64,000 bases of DNA from a virus (IMGVR_UViG_3300005265_000433:3790-67789), one strand, 5' to 3'. Shown: positions 29,226-40,215, numbered from the stretch's first letter. The notes: generated by a model from the sequence alone, not told the origin. Translations and numbers: made by a program.

Positions 29226-30730
29226 ATATTTAATATTTCAGGTTCAATATCTTGTGTAGCTTTCTTTAATTTTTCGCTCTCACCTAAAATAAATTTAGCT
29301 TTTTCAATTTGAGCAGGATAATCAACTTTTTGTTCAAATTGATAAATACTTTCCTCAACGTTATATATTGAAGATATAATATTTTCTTTATCAAATGATT
29401 TTACATTTCCCACAATTCTTGTTGCATCATCAAAGATAGCTACATATTCTTTTACTTTATTAACTGCACTACTAATTGTAGATGCGGGACTTCTAACAGC
29501 ATCTTTTGCAGCTTTAACAACACCGGATGCAAAACTTTTAAAAGAAGCCACTTGATTTACATTTTGATTCAACTGACCTGTTATTATATCACTATTCGGT
29601 GGTATTCTTGTTGATAAGGGTGGTTCTGTAGTAGTTGTGGTGGTAGATGTAGCTGATGGTGCTGTTTCTGTTTGTTGACTTGGCGGTATTACAGAATTAT
29701 CAACATCTTCAGATTCTCTAGGTATTTTTTTAAGTTGTTTTTCTCCACCTAGTGCATCTAAATAATTTTTTAATGTTGGTCTTGGTTCAGAACCTTGAAA
29801 AGCTTCACCATTTATCATTGTTCCAAATAAGCTAGAAAATTCCATTCTAACATCAACAATATTTAAACGTTGATTCCAAGAAATTGATTGTTGATCTCCG
29901 CCTTTAATAACTGTAATATTAGTTACACAACATGGATTTAAATAATAAATACCTGGGCATGAAATTTTAGCAAAAAATGGCCAATTATATAAAAAATCAT
30001 TAGTTGAGCCTTGTTCAAATACTCTAGGTATTCCTAATGTTAATAAAACTGCTAATGGCCCAATAATATATTTTTTAGTTGATTGATAACTAGCTGGATT
30101 TGGATTAAATAGTCTAACTGTCATTGTATAGGATGGAGTAAATGAACTACCTTTCCATACAGATGGGAAATCTAGTCTTCCACCAGCTAATGTTGCACTA
30201 GCACCTTTAGCAATGTTAGCTAAAAAACCTCCCTCTTGGGCCATATCATTTAAAGTATTATTAATATTTTTAGAGACATCTGCGCCCTGACCAAATACCC
30301 CTGACATAACATCATGACCCTTTTTACTGGCAAAATTACTAAAATTAGAGAAAACTTTTTCTGCCATCTTAATTGAATTACCAGCTCCTGACATTTGAGC
30401 TAACTGACCTAATCCTCCACTCCCAACCATATTTATATTTTCTAAAAATGAATCACCATACTCATTTGAAAAAGAATCACTTGGAAAATTATCAGCAAGA
30501 AATGCAACTTCAACACCATGTGGATTATTATAATTAAATCCAAGGGCATTAACTAATTTTTTAAATTTAGTTGTTGCATCGTTAACTGTAAAAACAGCTG
30601 ATGATAAATTTAAGTGGGGTTCACAAGGTAAAATTACAGCTTGAGGTAAGCTATTATACATTGGATTATCTCTGGATGTATTACTACCTGGTGGCATCCC
30701 TATTATTCTTGGTACGTCAATTAAACCCAT
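29222..30730 (-). CDS. Probable baseplate tail-tube initiator (gp48/gp54-like)
   Basis: FP..WK.S.F...Y...VRL, WPFF, ITV.KGG; follows the tape-measure-like gene. Confidence 0.5.
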   Translation of the reverse strand: MGLIDVPRIIGMPPGSNTSRDNPMYNSLPQAVILPCEPHLNLSSAVFTVNDATTKFKKLVNALGFNYNNPHGVEVAFLADNFPSDSFSNEYGDSFLENINMVGSGGLGQLAQMSGAGNSIKMAEKVFSNFSNFASKKGHDVMSGVFGQGADVSKNINNTLNDMAQEGGFLANIAKGASATLAGGRLDFPSVWKGSSFTPSYTMTVRLFNPNPASYQSTKKYIIGPLAVLLTLGIPRVFEQGSTNDFLYNWPFFAKISCPGIYYLNPCCVTNITVIKGGDQQSISWNQRLNIVDVRMEFSSLFGTMINGEAFQGSEPRPTLKNYLDALGGEKQLKKIPRESEDVDNSVIPPSQQTETAPSATSTTTTTTEPPLSTRIPPNSDIITGQLNQNVNQVASFKSFASGVVKAAKDAVRSPASTISSAVNKVKEYVAIFDDATRIVGNVKSFDKENIISSIYNVEESIYQFEQKVDYPAQIEKAKFILGESEKLKKATQDIEPEILNI

Positions 30731-33700
30731 TTAGGTTACATCTCCTTGTATTAAGAGTTGGATTGATGAATCAATCGGTGTAACATTTGGAACTTGTTGA
30801 TTACTATTAACAACACTAGTGTTGTTTGTTATAACATTAGAAATATTAGTTGATATTATTTTTCCAACTTTATCCAAATTCTTTTTTGAGTCTTCAGCTA
30901 AATTGGTTATTGCTTTACCTGTTGAAGCTGAAAATTCCTTAGCTGTTAATTTTGTAGCTAAAATAATTTTATTAGCCTCAATTTTAACTATCTTTTCACT
31001 ACCCGAACTTTCTTCAGTTTTTGGTGTAGCTTTAGCTTGAAATTTAATTAATTTTTCTTTAGCTGATTTTTGAATTGCAGTTATGTTTTTTCTAACATAA
31101 TGTTCAGCTTTTATACTATAAATATCAGACTGGAGGTCGAGAAAATCAATCATATCTTGAAGTTCAGTAACTCGACTATCATACATAGCTTTAGCTTTTA
31201 CAGTATACTCATCTTTCTTTTGTTTAACTATTTTAACAATATTTTTATAATATGATTTTGCTTCTGCTGTCCATACTGATGTATTTATTTTAAATAATTC
31301 AAGTTGAATAGTCATATCATCTTTTAAATTTTCAGCTTTTGATTTCAAGTTATCATAATAGCTTTTTGCTAGTTTTTTATATTCTGGCATTTTAGCTTTT
31401 ATATCTTCATAATAATTTTTAGCTACCTTTTTAACATTCTCTTTAGCCATCCAAACATCTGTCTTAAAAAACTCATATCGAAGAGCTAAATCTTCTTGCA
31501 TCATTGTTGCATTGTTTTTAAAATTATCATAATAACTTTTTGCAACTTTTTTATAATCTACTAATTTTGCCTGAAATGCTTTTCTTGCATTTTCTTTAGC
31601 CATCCAGACATCTGTCTTAAAAAATTCATAACGTTCTTTTAAATAATCTCCTGTTAACTCTAATTCTATTTTTTGATTATTCCACCATGAAACAGCTAAA
31701 TCTCTATATTTTGTGGCTTTTTCTTTTAAATCTGTTTGTATTTTTACTAGAGCTTCTTTATGTTGACTCCACCAATATTCAACTTTTATTTGTAAAACTT
31801 CTATTTGGTTAGCATAATAATCTTTTTGAGCAATTAATGCAGCTTTAGCATCTTTACCTTTTTCTTTGGCTACATCAAAACCTTTTTTAGCTAAGTCTAC
31901 ACCTTGTTTAATTCCTTTTGTAGTTAATTCTTTGCCTTTTGTGTAACTTTTTTTAGCTAAATCTATAGCTTTTTGTTTTAAGGTTTTATGCCCATGTTTT
32001 TCTAAATATTTAATAAAAGCTTTTTCATAACGTTCTCCATATTTATGTGGTTCTTCATTAACTCCTATTTCTGGATGCTTTCCTTTATTAAATCCAATAT
32101 ATGCATTTTGCACCTCTTCTTGATTATATCTTTCATAGAAACCTGTATTTGAAAAGTAAACTTTTTGTCTACCATCTTTTATTTTTTCAGCGATCATAGG
32201 ATCACGAAAAGTAGATCTAAAGTTACTAATACCAGCAATTTTTTTCATTTTCTCAAAACCAGTTTTTCCGATTAGACTATATTTTGCATGTTCTGATTTA
32301 TTTAATTCTACTGCTTGTTTTGCTCTAGATGCTTTTTCTGCATAATCAGCTTTACTTTCTTTTTTAAATTTCTTATCAATAAAATAAGTTATAGCTTTTT
32401 TTGCCATATATGCTAAGACTGCTGTGACAATTAAAGGAATAATAATAGGCAATGCGGCAGTAAGCCCTGTACCTAAAGTTGCCATAATTCCACCACCTGC
32501 TGCCATACCACCTGCTATACCACCTATAGCACCAACGGCAGCACCCCCAAGAGCTTTTAAAATGCCACCCAAAAAGCTAGTTACTTTTTTAAAACCATTC
32601 CAAAGAAATAAACCTATTGATTTAATTAATGACCATAATTTATTTTTACCTTTTGCCTCTTTTTTAGCTAAAATCCAGTGTTTTTGTAATGTATTTCTTA
32701 TATTTTTAAATATTGTAATTGGGTCATTTCGTTTTGCTAATTTTCCTATCGTTGTGCCAAACATTCCAATTTTCTGACCAGATTTTGATTTGGCAAATTT
32801 ACTATTTTTAATTTTATCAGAAATATCTATTCCCATTTCAGCAAGTTTGCCTTTTTTAGCTTCATTTAATGAATGTTTATATTTTTCAGTTTGAATTTTG
32901 TACCATTTTCTATTCTGGACTAATTGATCTATTGATATCCTACTTTTAACAAATTCTCTACTTTTCTTATGTTTATCAAATTCTTTTTGGTATTTCAATC
33001 TATCTTCTTTTTCTTTTAAATCTTTATTTCTTTCATCTATTTTTCTTTTATCTTTTTCTTTTTGAACCATAAGCATTCTCATTCTTACGGATGCTGGAAG
33101 CTTACTTATAGCATCAAATTTTCCTTCTTGACCTTCTATTTTTGTTTTAAAACTTCCCTTCATCCTAGAAGGTAAACCTGCAACAATCGCATCACGAATT
33201 TTTCGTAAAACCATCAATTGTTCAGTTGCAACACCTAATAAATCTAATTTACTAGATTTAGGGCCGTGTGTAACATAGTCAATCTCACCTTTTAGGGTTT
33301 TAGTTTTAGTTTTTCGATGGCTTAAATAACCCTTCAATAATCCTTTATCTAATACATCCCCAAGCAATCCTTCTTTTCCAGCACCAAATAAACCTAATAA
33401 TTTTTGAATATATGACTTTGCAATTTTTCTTTTTGGTAGTTCGCCAGCTTCATTGCCGCCACTTAATATTTTAATCATTGTTGACTGATTAGCAATCATT
33501 GAATCATATTTTACCATTGAATCGACATATAAACTACCAAGTATTGAAGCTGTCATTTCTTGAGCAGGTAAATTCTTAGGAATTACACTAGCATATCCAC
33601 CTTTTTTCTTAAAAAATCTACCTATAACCTTAAAGGGTGTTGAAGCAATTTTATAAGTAAGTTTAGATAATATAAAAACTTGTCTGTATAATTTATTTTG

Positions 33701-34804
33701 AGCCATCATTGATTCGTGAATTAAAGCTCGCTGTTTTGTTCCATTTGTTAAAGCATTTCTAATTTCAAGTGTTGCTCTTAGCATTCTTTCTTGAGCAGGT
33801 GCATCAACATCATTCCAAGCTTGTCTGTAAGCTGTCATGAAAGCTTTTGCCATCCCTTTTTCTTCTTTTTCTCTATCAGATTTTACATAAGCTCTTGTTT
33901 TAGTTGTAAGTTTAAAAGTAATTGCTTCAACAAAATTATGAAATGTATCAACGCTACTTTTAAATATTTTAGATCTAGTTAGTTTAGATTTACCCATACC
34001 AGGTACTAAGGAACCTATATCTTCAGGATTAGCTGAGAAAGTTCCACTTGATGATTGCACAAGATATTTTCTAAAGTCTGTAATTAATTTTTCTATATTA
34101 TCAGCTATTTTTTGTAGAGGATCTAATAATTTATCAATAGGCGCAACTATTTCACCTTTATGAGCTTTAATTACTGAATCTCTTTTTAAATAACCACCCA
34201 CTGCTAATTTTGGAACTATACCTTCAACTTTTTTAACTAATTCTTTTTCTCTATGCCTATTTTGAGCCTTTTCTTTCATATTTGATAATTTTTCTTTTGC
34301 TTTTTCTTTTGCCATTCCAAGTTTTTCTTTAATAAATTCTCCAGAAGAAGAAGCAACATTTTTAACACCACTAGCACCTGCTTCCGCAAATCTTTTTATA
34401 GTATCATTATTTAATGCTCTTGTTAAAGCATAACCAAATATAGGCATTGACCTGGACATAGCCATTGCCAATACATTTTTTGTTTCAACACCAAAATCTT
34501 TGCTTAATTCTCTTGTCATTTCTTTTAAACCATCTTTTGTCATTGTCATGGCTTTTTGAGATGTTGTTGTTGAAATTTGTAAAGTTTTCTTTGCAGTTAT
34601 TGCAGCTAATCTCATTGATTGATGAGCCATTTTATCTATATTTAAAGTAGCTCTCTTGTAAAATTTCGTAGCTTGTTCACTAACTATTGAGGAAGTATTT
34701 CCACTAGTTGAATTTTTAATTCCAGCATTATATTTTTTGGAATATTTTTCCGCAGCGGATGAGACTCTGGTAACATCCTTTAATAACTTGTTTATATCTT
34801 CCAT
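30731..34804 (-). CDS. Tape-measure-like protein
   Basis: 1357 aa, helical and Lys/Ala-rich, PKLA.GG...H.GE.V.P motif, Gly/Ala hydrophobic stretch, internal repeats. Confidence 0.65.
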   Translation of the reverse strand: MEDINKLLKDVTRVSSAAEKYSKKYNAGIKNSTSGNTSSIVSEQATKFYKRATLNIDKMAHQSMRLAAITAKKTLQISTTTSQKAMTMTKDGLKEMTRELSKDFGVETKNVLAMAMSRSMPIFGYALTRALNNDTIKRFAEAGASGVKNVASSSGEFIKEKLGMAKEKAKEKLSNMKEKAQNRHREKELVKKVEGIVPKLAVGGYLKRDSVIKAHKGEIVAPIDKLLDPLQKIADNIEKLITDFRKYLVQSSSGTFSANPEDIGSLVPGMGKSKLTRSKIFKSSVDTFHNFVEAITFKLTTKTRAYVKSDREKEEKGMAKAFMTAYRQAWNDVDAPAQERMLRATLEIRNALTNGTKQRALIHESMMAQNKLYRQVFILSKLTYKIASTPFKVIGRFFKKKGGYASVIPKNLPAQEMTASILGSLYVDSMVKYDSMIANQSTMIKILSGGNEAGELPKRKIAKSYIQKLLGLFGAGKEGLLGDVLDKGLLKGYLSHRKTKTKTLKGEIDYVTHGPKSSKLDLLGVATEQLMVLRKIRDAIVAGLPSRMKGSFKTKIEGQEGKFDAISKLPASVRMRMLMVQKEKDKRKIDERNKDLKEKEDRLKYQKEFDKHKKSREFVKSRISIDQLVQNRKWYKIQTEKYKHSLNEAKKGKLAEMGIDISDKIKNSKFAKSKSGQKIGMFGTTIGKLAKRNDPITIFKNIRNTLQKHWILAKKEAKGKNKLWSLIKSIGLFLWNGFKKVTSFLGGILKALGGAAVGAIGGIAGGMAAGGGIMATLGTGLTAALPIIIPLIVTAVLAYMAKKAITYFIDKKFKKESKADYAEKASRAKQAVELNKSEHAKYSLIGKTGFEKMKKIAGISNFRSTFRDPMIAEKIKDGRQKVYFSNTGFYERYNQEEVQNAYIGFNKGKHPEIGVNEEPHKYGERYEKAFIKYLEKHGHKTLKQKAIDLAKKSYTKGKELTTKGIKQGVDLAKKGFDVAKEKGKDAKAALIAQKDYYANQIEVLQIKVEYWWSQHKEALVKIQTDLKEKATKYRDLAVSWWNNQKIELELTGDYLKERYEFFKTDVWMAKENARKAFQAKLVDYKKVAKSYYDNFKNNATMMQEDLALRYEFFKTDVWMAKENVKKVAKNYYEDIKAKMPEYKKLAKSYYDNLKSKAENLKDDMTIQLELFKINTSVWTAEAKSYYKNIVKIVKQKKDEYTVKAKAMYDSRVTELQDMIDFLDLQSDIYSIKAEHYVRKNITAIQKSAKEKLIKFQAKATPKTEESSGSEKIVKIEANKIILATKLTAKEFSASTGKAITNLAEDSKKNLDKVGKIISTNISNVITNNTSVVNSNQQVPNVTPIDSSIQLLIQGDVT

Positions 34805-34809
34805 TTAAT

Positions 34810-35703
34810 TTAACCTTTTATTTTCTCAAAAGTTTTTGAATATTTTGGAGATTTGCTTAATTCGGACCCAATCGCAATAACCTCTGAACAAAAAAATAAT
34901 TCTTGAATTGGTAGAGTATTTGTATCAGTTGATTTAAATGTTTTCTTATAAGCCTTATAGAAAGCTCTAAAAAAATACAAAAATTTATTCAAATTATTAA
35001 AAAATCTATCTGAGTTTGTAAAATATAAAAGCATCATTAATTTATGTTTATCTATTATTTCCTGAACTTCTTCAGATTTATCACTAACTTTAAATATCAT
35101 ATCTCTAATTTCATTCACATATTTTAAAAACATTTTTTGATCAATAGTTTTTGCTGTTTCAAATTTATATGTCATATCAGATATTTTTTTACCAAGTATT
35201 TGTATATTCTTTTTATTTGGAATAAATTCCCCTACTATTCCATCAATATAATTTATATAAAAATCTTCTAATTCACTTTTAAATAATGAATGACATTCTG
35301 AAGGGTTTTGGTCAAAATATTTATGCATACCTTCATGTAAAAGCAATTTTGCTAATTTTTTATTATTACTATATATTGCAACAATTGTATTGTTTGAAAT
35401 GAGTATATATATTCTTTTTGTATCTGGTGAAAAAAAACCACATATAGATTGTTTACCCTTAGACGCAAAAATTTTATAAAATGTAAAACCAACCACACCT
35501 TTAGTTAAGTAACATGGGAGTATTAAATTATTATCAATTAAACTTTCAATTTTACTAGAACCCTTAAATCTTTTTGTTGCAAGCATTGCTTTTTTAAATT
35601 TAGCTTTTAGTTTTCCAGAAGAAAAAAGTTTTAATCCGCCAATTTTAGCAACAAGTTTTAATCCAATTGGCAGACTAAACATTTCATTTAAGTTATTAGG
35701 CAT
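34810..35703 (-). CDS. Hypothetical protein with HExxH (possible zincin)
   Basis: GFF.P....IYI...LLHEGMH, later E...SE. Confidence 0.5.
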   Translation of the reverse strand: MPNNLNEMFSLPIGLKLVAKIGGLKLFSSGKLKAKFKKAMLATKRFKGSSKIESLIDNNLILPCYLTKGVVGFTFYKIFASKGKQSICGFFSPDTKRIYILISNNTIVAIYSNNKKLAKLLLHEGMHKYFDQNPSECHSLFKSELEDFYINYIDGIVGEFIPNKKNIQILGKKISDMTYKFETAKTIDQKMFLKYVNEIRDMIFKVSDKSEEVQEIIDKHKLMMLLYFTNSDRFFNNLNKFLYFFRAFYKAYKKTFKSTDTNTLPIQELFFCSEVIAIGSELSKSPKYSKTFEKIKG

Positions 35704-35706
35704 TTA

Positions 35707-37362
35707 TTACTCCTTAGTATACATATTTAAAATATTAAAATAAGACTCTTGATTTATATTTTTATCCATAGTTTCTTTTACTATATCTATAATTGTATCA
35801 TTATTTACTTCATTAACATTTATATCATTCATAGCCATAATAGTTTTAAATGATGATTTATTTAATGAACTAGTATTTAACATTAATGGCATATCATATT
35901 TTCTAACATAAAAAGCCATTGCGGCGGACATTGCCAAATCATCATAACACCCAGAGTCAGCTTCAACTCTACCTGATGTTTTTGTAGTTAAACCAACTAG
36001 TTCCATGGCGAGTCTTCTAGATTTAACTATCTCAGGAAATTCATTTACATAACTATATAAAGCATCAATCATTAATGGCCTAGTTTTTGCAGTTGTTGTT
36101 AATCCAGGTATATTTTTATTTGCTTCTTTATATAAATAGGTTTCCATTGAATCATTTTTAACAGCTTCAACAACTTGATTACCGTAAGAATTTAACTCGA
36201 TAATTAAAGCACCTATATAAATTGACGCTGCAAGACGAACTACTTTTATATAATCTTGAACTTCACATTTACCTTGATATTCCCACACTTCTTCTAATGT
36301 TTCAATATCCCACACTGTTAATGCTGATTTATCATCACCATGTGAAGGTGCAGTATCAACACCAATCAAATAAGATTTTCCCTCTTCTGGATTTGCAAAT
36401 TTCCACACTTCACCATTATATAATTTAATTTTATCAATTGGTTCAAGATCTTTTGTTTGATCTTGTAATTTTTCAATAATGTTTTCATCAAAAAATGATC
36501 CTTTTGATGATACAAATTTAAGCTCTAATTCTTGTTGAATTTTCTTTTTATCATTATCAAATAATGCACATTGAGTTGCATACCAGTCAGGATCTTCGGC
36601 AAGTTCTTTAATATCTTTCCAATGAATTATAAAAGATTTAAATATATCATCACCAGCAAGTGCGTTTGTATACCTTTTATAAAACCATGCACCAACACCT
36701 TGTGTTTTATTAGGGGTAGATAAAACAACAGTTCCATATGGTACACCAGCTTCTCTTGCATGTTTTTGATTTGTTGATAATGCTGGAACCATACCTGTCC
36801 ACGCATCTTCGATTTTTTCAACGAAAGCTGCTTCATCAATTACTAAGAACGTCACAGCGCGACCACGTAATGTTTTAGATGGTGCTTTGGGGTTGACGGT
36901 TGCGGCATAGCATTTAGAGCCATTAGTAAGAATAAATGACTGTTCTGATCTCTTTGCAAAACCTTGACCGCTTTGTCCGCCTTTCGGTCTCATCCAAGCT
37001 GGTAATTTCTCAATCATACCAGCTATTGTTCTAGCAAATGTGGTCGCTTCAGCACCATCTTTTGAAACAATACCAATAACTGTATTATCATAAAAAACTG
37101 CTAACCAAGCACAATAAGCCTGTGTAACGGTTGAAATACCAACTTGTCTAGATTTTAATACTAAAACAAAATGTTCTGAATGAATTAAATCAATTAATTC
37201 AGCTTGTTTATCATATGGTATTAATTCTCTATCACCACCGGGTAATTCTAATAAAATATAGTTTGAACAGAAATAATAAAAATCATTTTTACACTTTAAA
37301 AATTCCTCAACATTTTTTTCTATTGCTAACTGTTTTTTGGATTTTCTTTTTTCTTGTGCCAT
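35707..37362 (-). CDS. Terminase large subunit (T4 gp17-like)
   Basis: KSRQVGIST Walker A, LVIDEAAF Walker B, STPN, GVD.A, IE.N, DDL.M nuclease motifs. Confidence 0.95.
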   Translation of the reverse strand: MAQEKRKSKKQLAIEKNVEEFLKCKNDFYYFCSNYILLELPGGDRELIPYDKQAELIDLIHSEHFVLVLKSRQVGISTVTQAYCAWLAVFYDNTVIGIVSKDGAEATTFARTIAGMIEKLPAWMRPKGGQSGQGFAKRSEQSFILTNGSKCYAATVNPKAPSKTLRGRAVTFLVIDEAAFVEKIEDAWTGMVPALSTNQKHAREAGVPYGTVVLSTPNKTQGVGAWFYKRYTNALAGDDIFKSFIIHWKDIKELAEDPDWYATQCALFDNDKKKIQQELELKFVSSKGSFFDENIIEKLQDQTKDLEPIDKIKLYNGEVWKFANPEEGKSYLIGVDTAPSHGDDKSALTVWDIETLEEVWEYQGKCEVQDYIKVVRLAASIYIGALIIELNSYGNQVVEAVKNDSMETYLYKEANKNIPGLTTTAKTRPLMIDALYSYVNEFPEIVKSRRLAMELVGLTTKTSGRVEADSGCYDDLAMSAAMAFYVRKYDMPLMLNTSSLNKSSFKTIMAMNDINVNEVNNDTIIDIVKETMDKNINQESYFNILNMYTKE

Positions 37363-37367
37363 AATAT

Positions 37368-38633
37368 TTAATTCAATATACTTTTATTTGTTCTAGCTAG
37401 TGTTACAAAACATCCAGCAGACCAATCATAATTTTCTTTTGTAAATGTTAATACACTAGAAGTTAAAATATATTTTCCAGTAAATCTTCTATAATCAACT
37501 ATTTCAGTATCAAATTTCACTGGTTCTCCTATCCTTAATAAATTAGTTAAAAACATAGATCTGGCTAATCCTATTTTTAAAGTAAATAGATTTGATAATG
37601 GTTTAGAATGATTTGCATTAATAAAAACAGGAGAATAATCATTTCCTGTTTGGTCTGTATAGTAATGCATTCTTTTATCTGTTATTATTTCATCAAGAAA
37701 AAACTCAGGATCAGATGTAGGATGTGTAAAATCAATTAATCCATAATCTTTTGCTATTCCCTTTAGATCATTTACAATAGTATATGATAAAGTATCTTTT
37801 GGTTTTACAACATATTTTAAAGTTCTTGCATATACAGAAAATTTAGAATTGGCTTTATAATCTGTCTTAACTTCAGCCATTGTATAAAAAACTTTAGGGT
37901 TTAAACCCTTTGAAGTTAATTTTTCATTGTCTCCATCTGAAGCCAATTGATGAATTGTAAATACTACATCTTTTTTCATTCTGTTTGTTAAATTAAAAAC
38001 TTGTAATGTATTAGTATGATTACAAAAAATAGAGGATACACCATTATAAATACCAAATGTTGAATCTAAATATTTGAACATATTACCAACAGTTGATGGA
38101 GGTATACATACTTGATCCAATGGAAATGCATTTATACCTTCTTCATCCATTTCTAATATTGCTGTTGTATTTTCGCTAATTATTCCTTTTATTAAAACAT
38201 CTATTGGAATATTTGTTTGAACATCATTAACTAATGTCGAAATAGTTTTAAACGGTTTTCGGCAAATAGTTGTTATTTCTACAGTTCTTGGTGTTGGAAC
38301 TCTTTCATTATCATTATCTTTCATTATCATTGTTTTAATTGGAAGATCTAAATTATCATTTAAGTGCATCAATTCAAACATTAGTGTTTGATATTCTGGT
38401 ATTAAACCTTCACCATCCCAACCTTGCAAAACAATAATTAAGGTTATATATTCTTGCCCATATAATTTGTTGTTTAAAATTACATTATCAGGATCAGTAT
38501 TAAATTTTAATGTAATAACAGGATAATAACTAGCTAAGGATGAAATAATAGTCACATCTACAAGGTCAGCAGAATAATCTTGTTCTCCAATAATTAATCC
38601 AACTAGATATGATTGACCAGAAGTTATAGACAT
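37368..38633 (-). CDS. Hypothetical virion protein (possible baseplate hub)
   Basis: 421 aa; C-terminal G..V.......FTGKYIL pattern; class-B motif upstream. Confidence 0.5.
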   Translation of the reverse strand: MSITSGQSYLVGLIIGEQDYSADLVDVTIISSLASYYPVITLKFNTDPDNVILNNKLYGQEYITLIIVLQGWDGEGLIPEYQTLMFELMHLNDNLDLPIKTMIMKDNDNERVPTPRTVEITTICRKPFKTISTLVNDVQTNIPIDVLIKGIISENTTAILEMDEEGINAFPLDQVCIPPSTVGNMFKYLDSTFGIYNGVSSIFCNHTNTLQVFNLTNRMKKDVVFTIHQLASDGDNEKLTSKGLNPKVFYTMAEVKTDYKANSKFSVYARTLKYVVKPKDTLSYTIVNDLKGIAKDYGLIDFTHPTSDPEFFLDEIITDKRMHYYTDQTGNDYSPVFINANHSKPLSNLFTLKIGLARSMFLTNLLRIGEPVKFDTEIVDYRRFTGKYILTSSVLTFTKENYDWSAGCFVTLARTNKSILN

Positions 38634-38656
38634 ATGATTATAATCCTCACCTTTTC

Positions 38657-38667
38657 TATTTTGTTCT
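38657..38667 (-). promoter_or_regulatory. Class-B motif AGAACAAAATA
   Basis: Exact copy at the head of the minus-strand structural block. Confidence 0.6.
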
Positions 38668-38689
38668 GCTTTTAAAACAAAAACCCAAA

Positions 38690-38721
38690 AAAAAAAGAAA
38701 CTAAGAGATAGTTTCTTTTTT
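38690..38721 (-). terminator. Probable terminator
   Basis: aaaaagaaacta-agaga-tagtttcttttt. Confidence 0.55.
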
Positions 38722-39337
38722 AAAAGAAATGAAATACAATGGAGCGAAGGAATGGCACTAGGTAGGATTCAAAATATTTATCAATATCAATCATAATATT
38801 AGAGGAATAAAATTCCTCTTTTATTTTCTTTAATAATGTAGCAATTGAATTTACATTTAAAAAATTAATATGTAATATTTTATTTAAGTATTTTTCCATT
38901 TTTGGATATAAATGGGGTATACCTTTAATAACTACATCACCTCCAGACATAGCAATATACATATCCCTATCAAATGAAATTATAAATTTAGTGTAATAAT
39001 GTTTTAATTTCAAACTTAATTGCATTTCATCCGTTAAAGCAAACCTTTTTCGTACTAATATACCATCATATTGTCTCAAAAGAATATCAGATTCCTTTAG
39101 TTCATTTACTTTTATATACCCATCAATAATTGAGGTTGTGGTTTCCCTTAAAAACTTTGTAAGCCTTGGATTGGATCTCATCATCAACCCAATTTTTTTA
39201 TTTCTCTCAAATTTATCTTCAAATGGTATATCAGAAATATCATAGCCATTTATTTTTAAAATATTATAATGACATTGGGGTATATCATATTCATATACTT
39301 CATCTAAAAATAATGGACTGTTTAAAGGAAATTTCAT
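38720..39337 (-). CDS. Small family-B DNA polymerase-like palm protein
   Basis: EYDI..CHY.IL (motif A-like), RQYDGIL (motif C-like), VVIKG. Confidence 0.45.
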   Translation of the reverse strand: MKFPLNSPLFLDEVYEYDIPQCHYNILKINGYDISDIPFEDKFERNKKIGLMMRSNPRLTKFLRETTTSIIDGYIKVNELKESDILLRQYDGILVRKRFALTDEMQLSLKLKHYYTKFIISFDRDMYIAMSGGDVVIKGIPHLYPKMEKYLNKILHINFLNVNSIATLLKKIKEEFYSSNIMIDIDKYFESYLVPFLRSIVFHFF

Positions 39338-39342
39338 CGAAA

Positions 39343-40215
39343 TTACTCATAACAATTTAAGGACAAAAAAGATTTAATATTCAAAATATCAATTATCAAT
39401 TCATCAATAGATATCCAATGATTTAAATCTACCATTTGAAGTTTTTTACTGTCAAACCATTTAATTACATCTAATTTTGTTGATAATGGTTCTTCAATAT
39501 CTGATAATTTTTTATAACGATAATAAAAAGATTCAATATTTGGGTTTTCTTTTAATATATCATCTGTTAAAATTTTATCAGAAAATCTATATACTACATA
39601 ATCTTGAGCTTTTCTTTTCATTTTAGGCATTTTAAATAAAGGAACATATATACCTTCAACTTTTCTAGCATAGTAATTTATCAAACCAGATTTACTTCCA
39701 TAAGAAATAATATATTCATTATCACCTAGTAAATACACAATTTGAAATAATCCATTTGTGAAAAACAAAAATCTCTTTGGTGTTAAATTGAATATATTAT
39801 AACCATCCACATTTTTAATAAACTCAATACGTCGTTCAGGATGACCATCAACTAAAGTACCACTATTAGTTAAAATAGCAACACATAGAATTTCAGATGA
39901 TTTAATACCATCAACTTTCAATTCAAGTTCTGTAATATCATCAAAACTAGATACATAAGTCTGAAACCAATCATATAAATTGATAGATGAAAGTCTTGAT
40001 GTTGAATCAGGTGCAATTATTTCATGAGTTTGTTTCATATTCTCTTCTGTTTGATCTTCAACAAATACGTGTGCAAAATCTGATATAATATTAGTGCAAC
40101 CTTTGTTTGATTTTATAAACTCGTCTACATCCTTTATGATTTCTTGATCACTGACATCTGGTTTTACATCACTAACTAGCTTATCATCTATTAAACTAGC
40201 CAAGTTATCTGTCAT
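39343..40215 (-). CDS. Hypothetical protein
   Basis: Start moved to MTDNL after AAGGAG SD. Confidence 0.65.
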   Translation of the reverse strand: MTDNLASLIDDKLVSDVKPDVSDQEIIKDVDEFIKSNKGCTNIISDFAHVFVEDQTEENMKQTHEIIAPDSTSRLSSINLYDWFQTYVSSFDDITELELKVDGIKSSEILCVAILTNSGTLVDGHPERRIEFIKNVDGYNIFNLTPKRFLFFTNGLFQIVYLLGDNEYIISYGSKSGLINYYARKVEGIYVPLFKMPKMKRKAQDYVVYRFSDKILTDDILKENPNIESFYYRYKKLSDIEEPLSTKLDVIKWFDSKKLQMVDLNHWISIDELIIDILNIKSFLSLNCYE

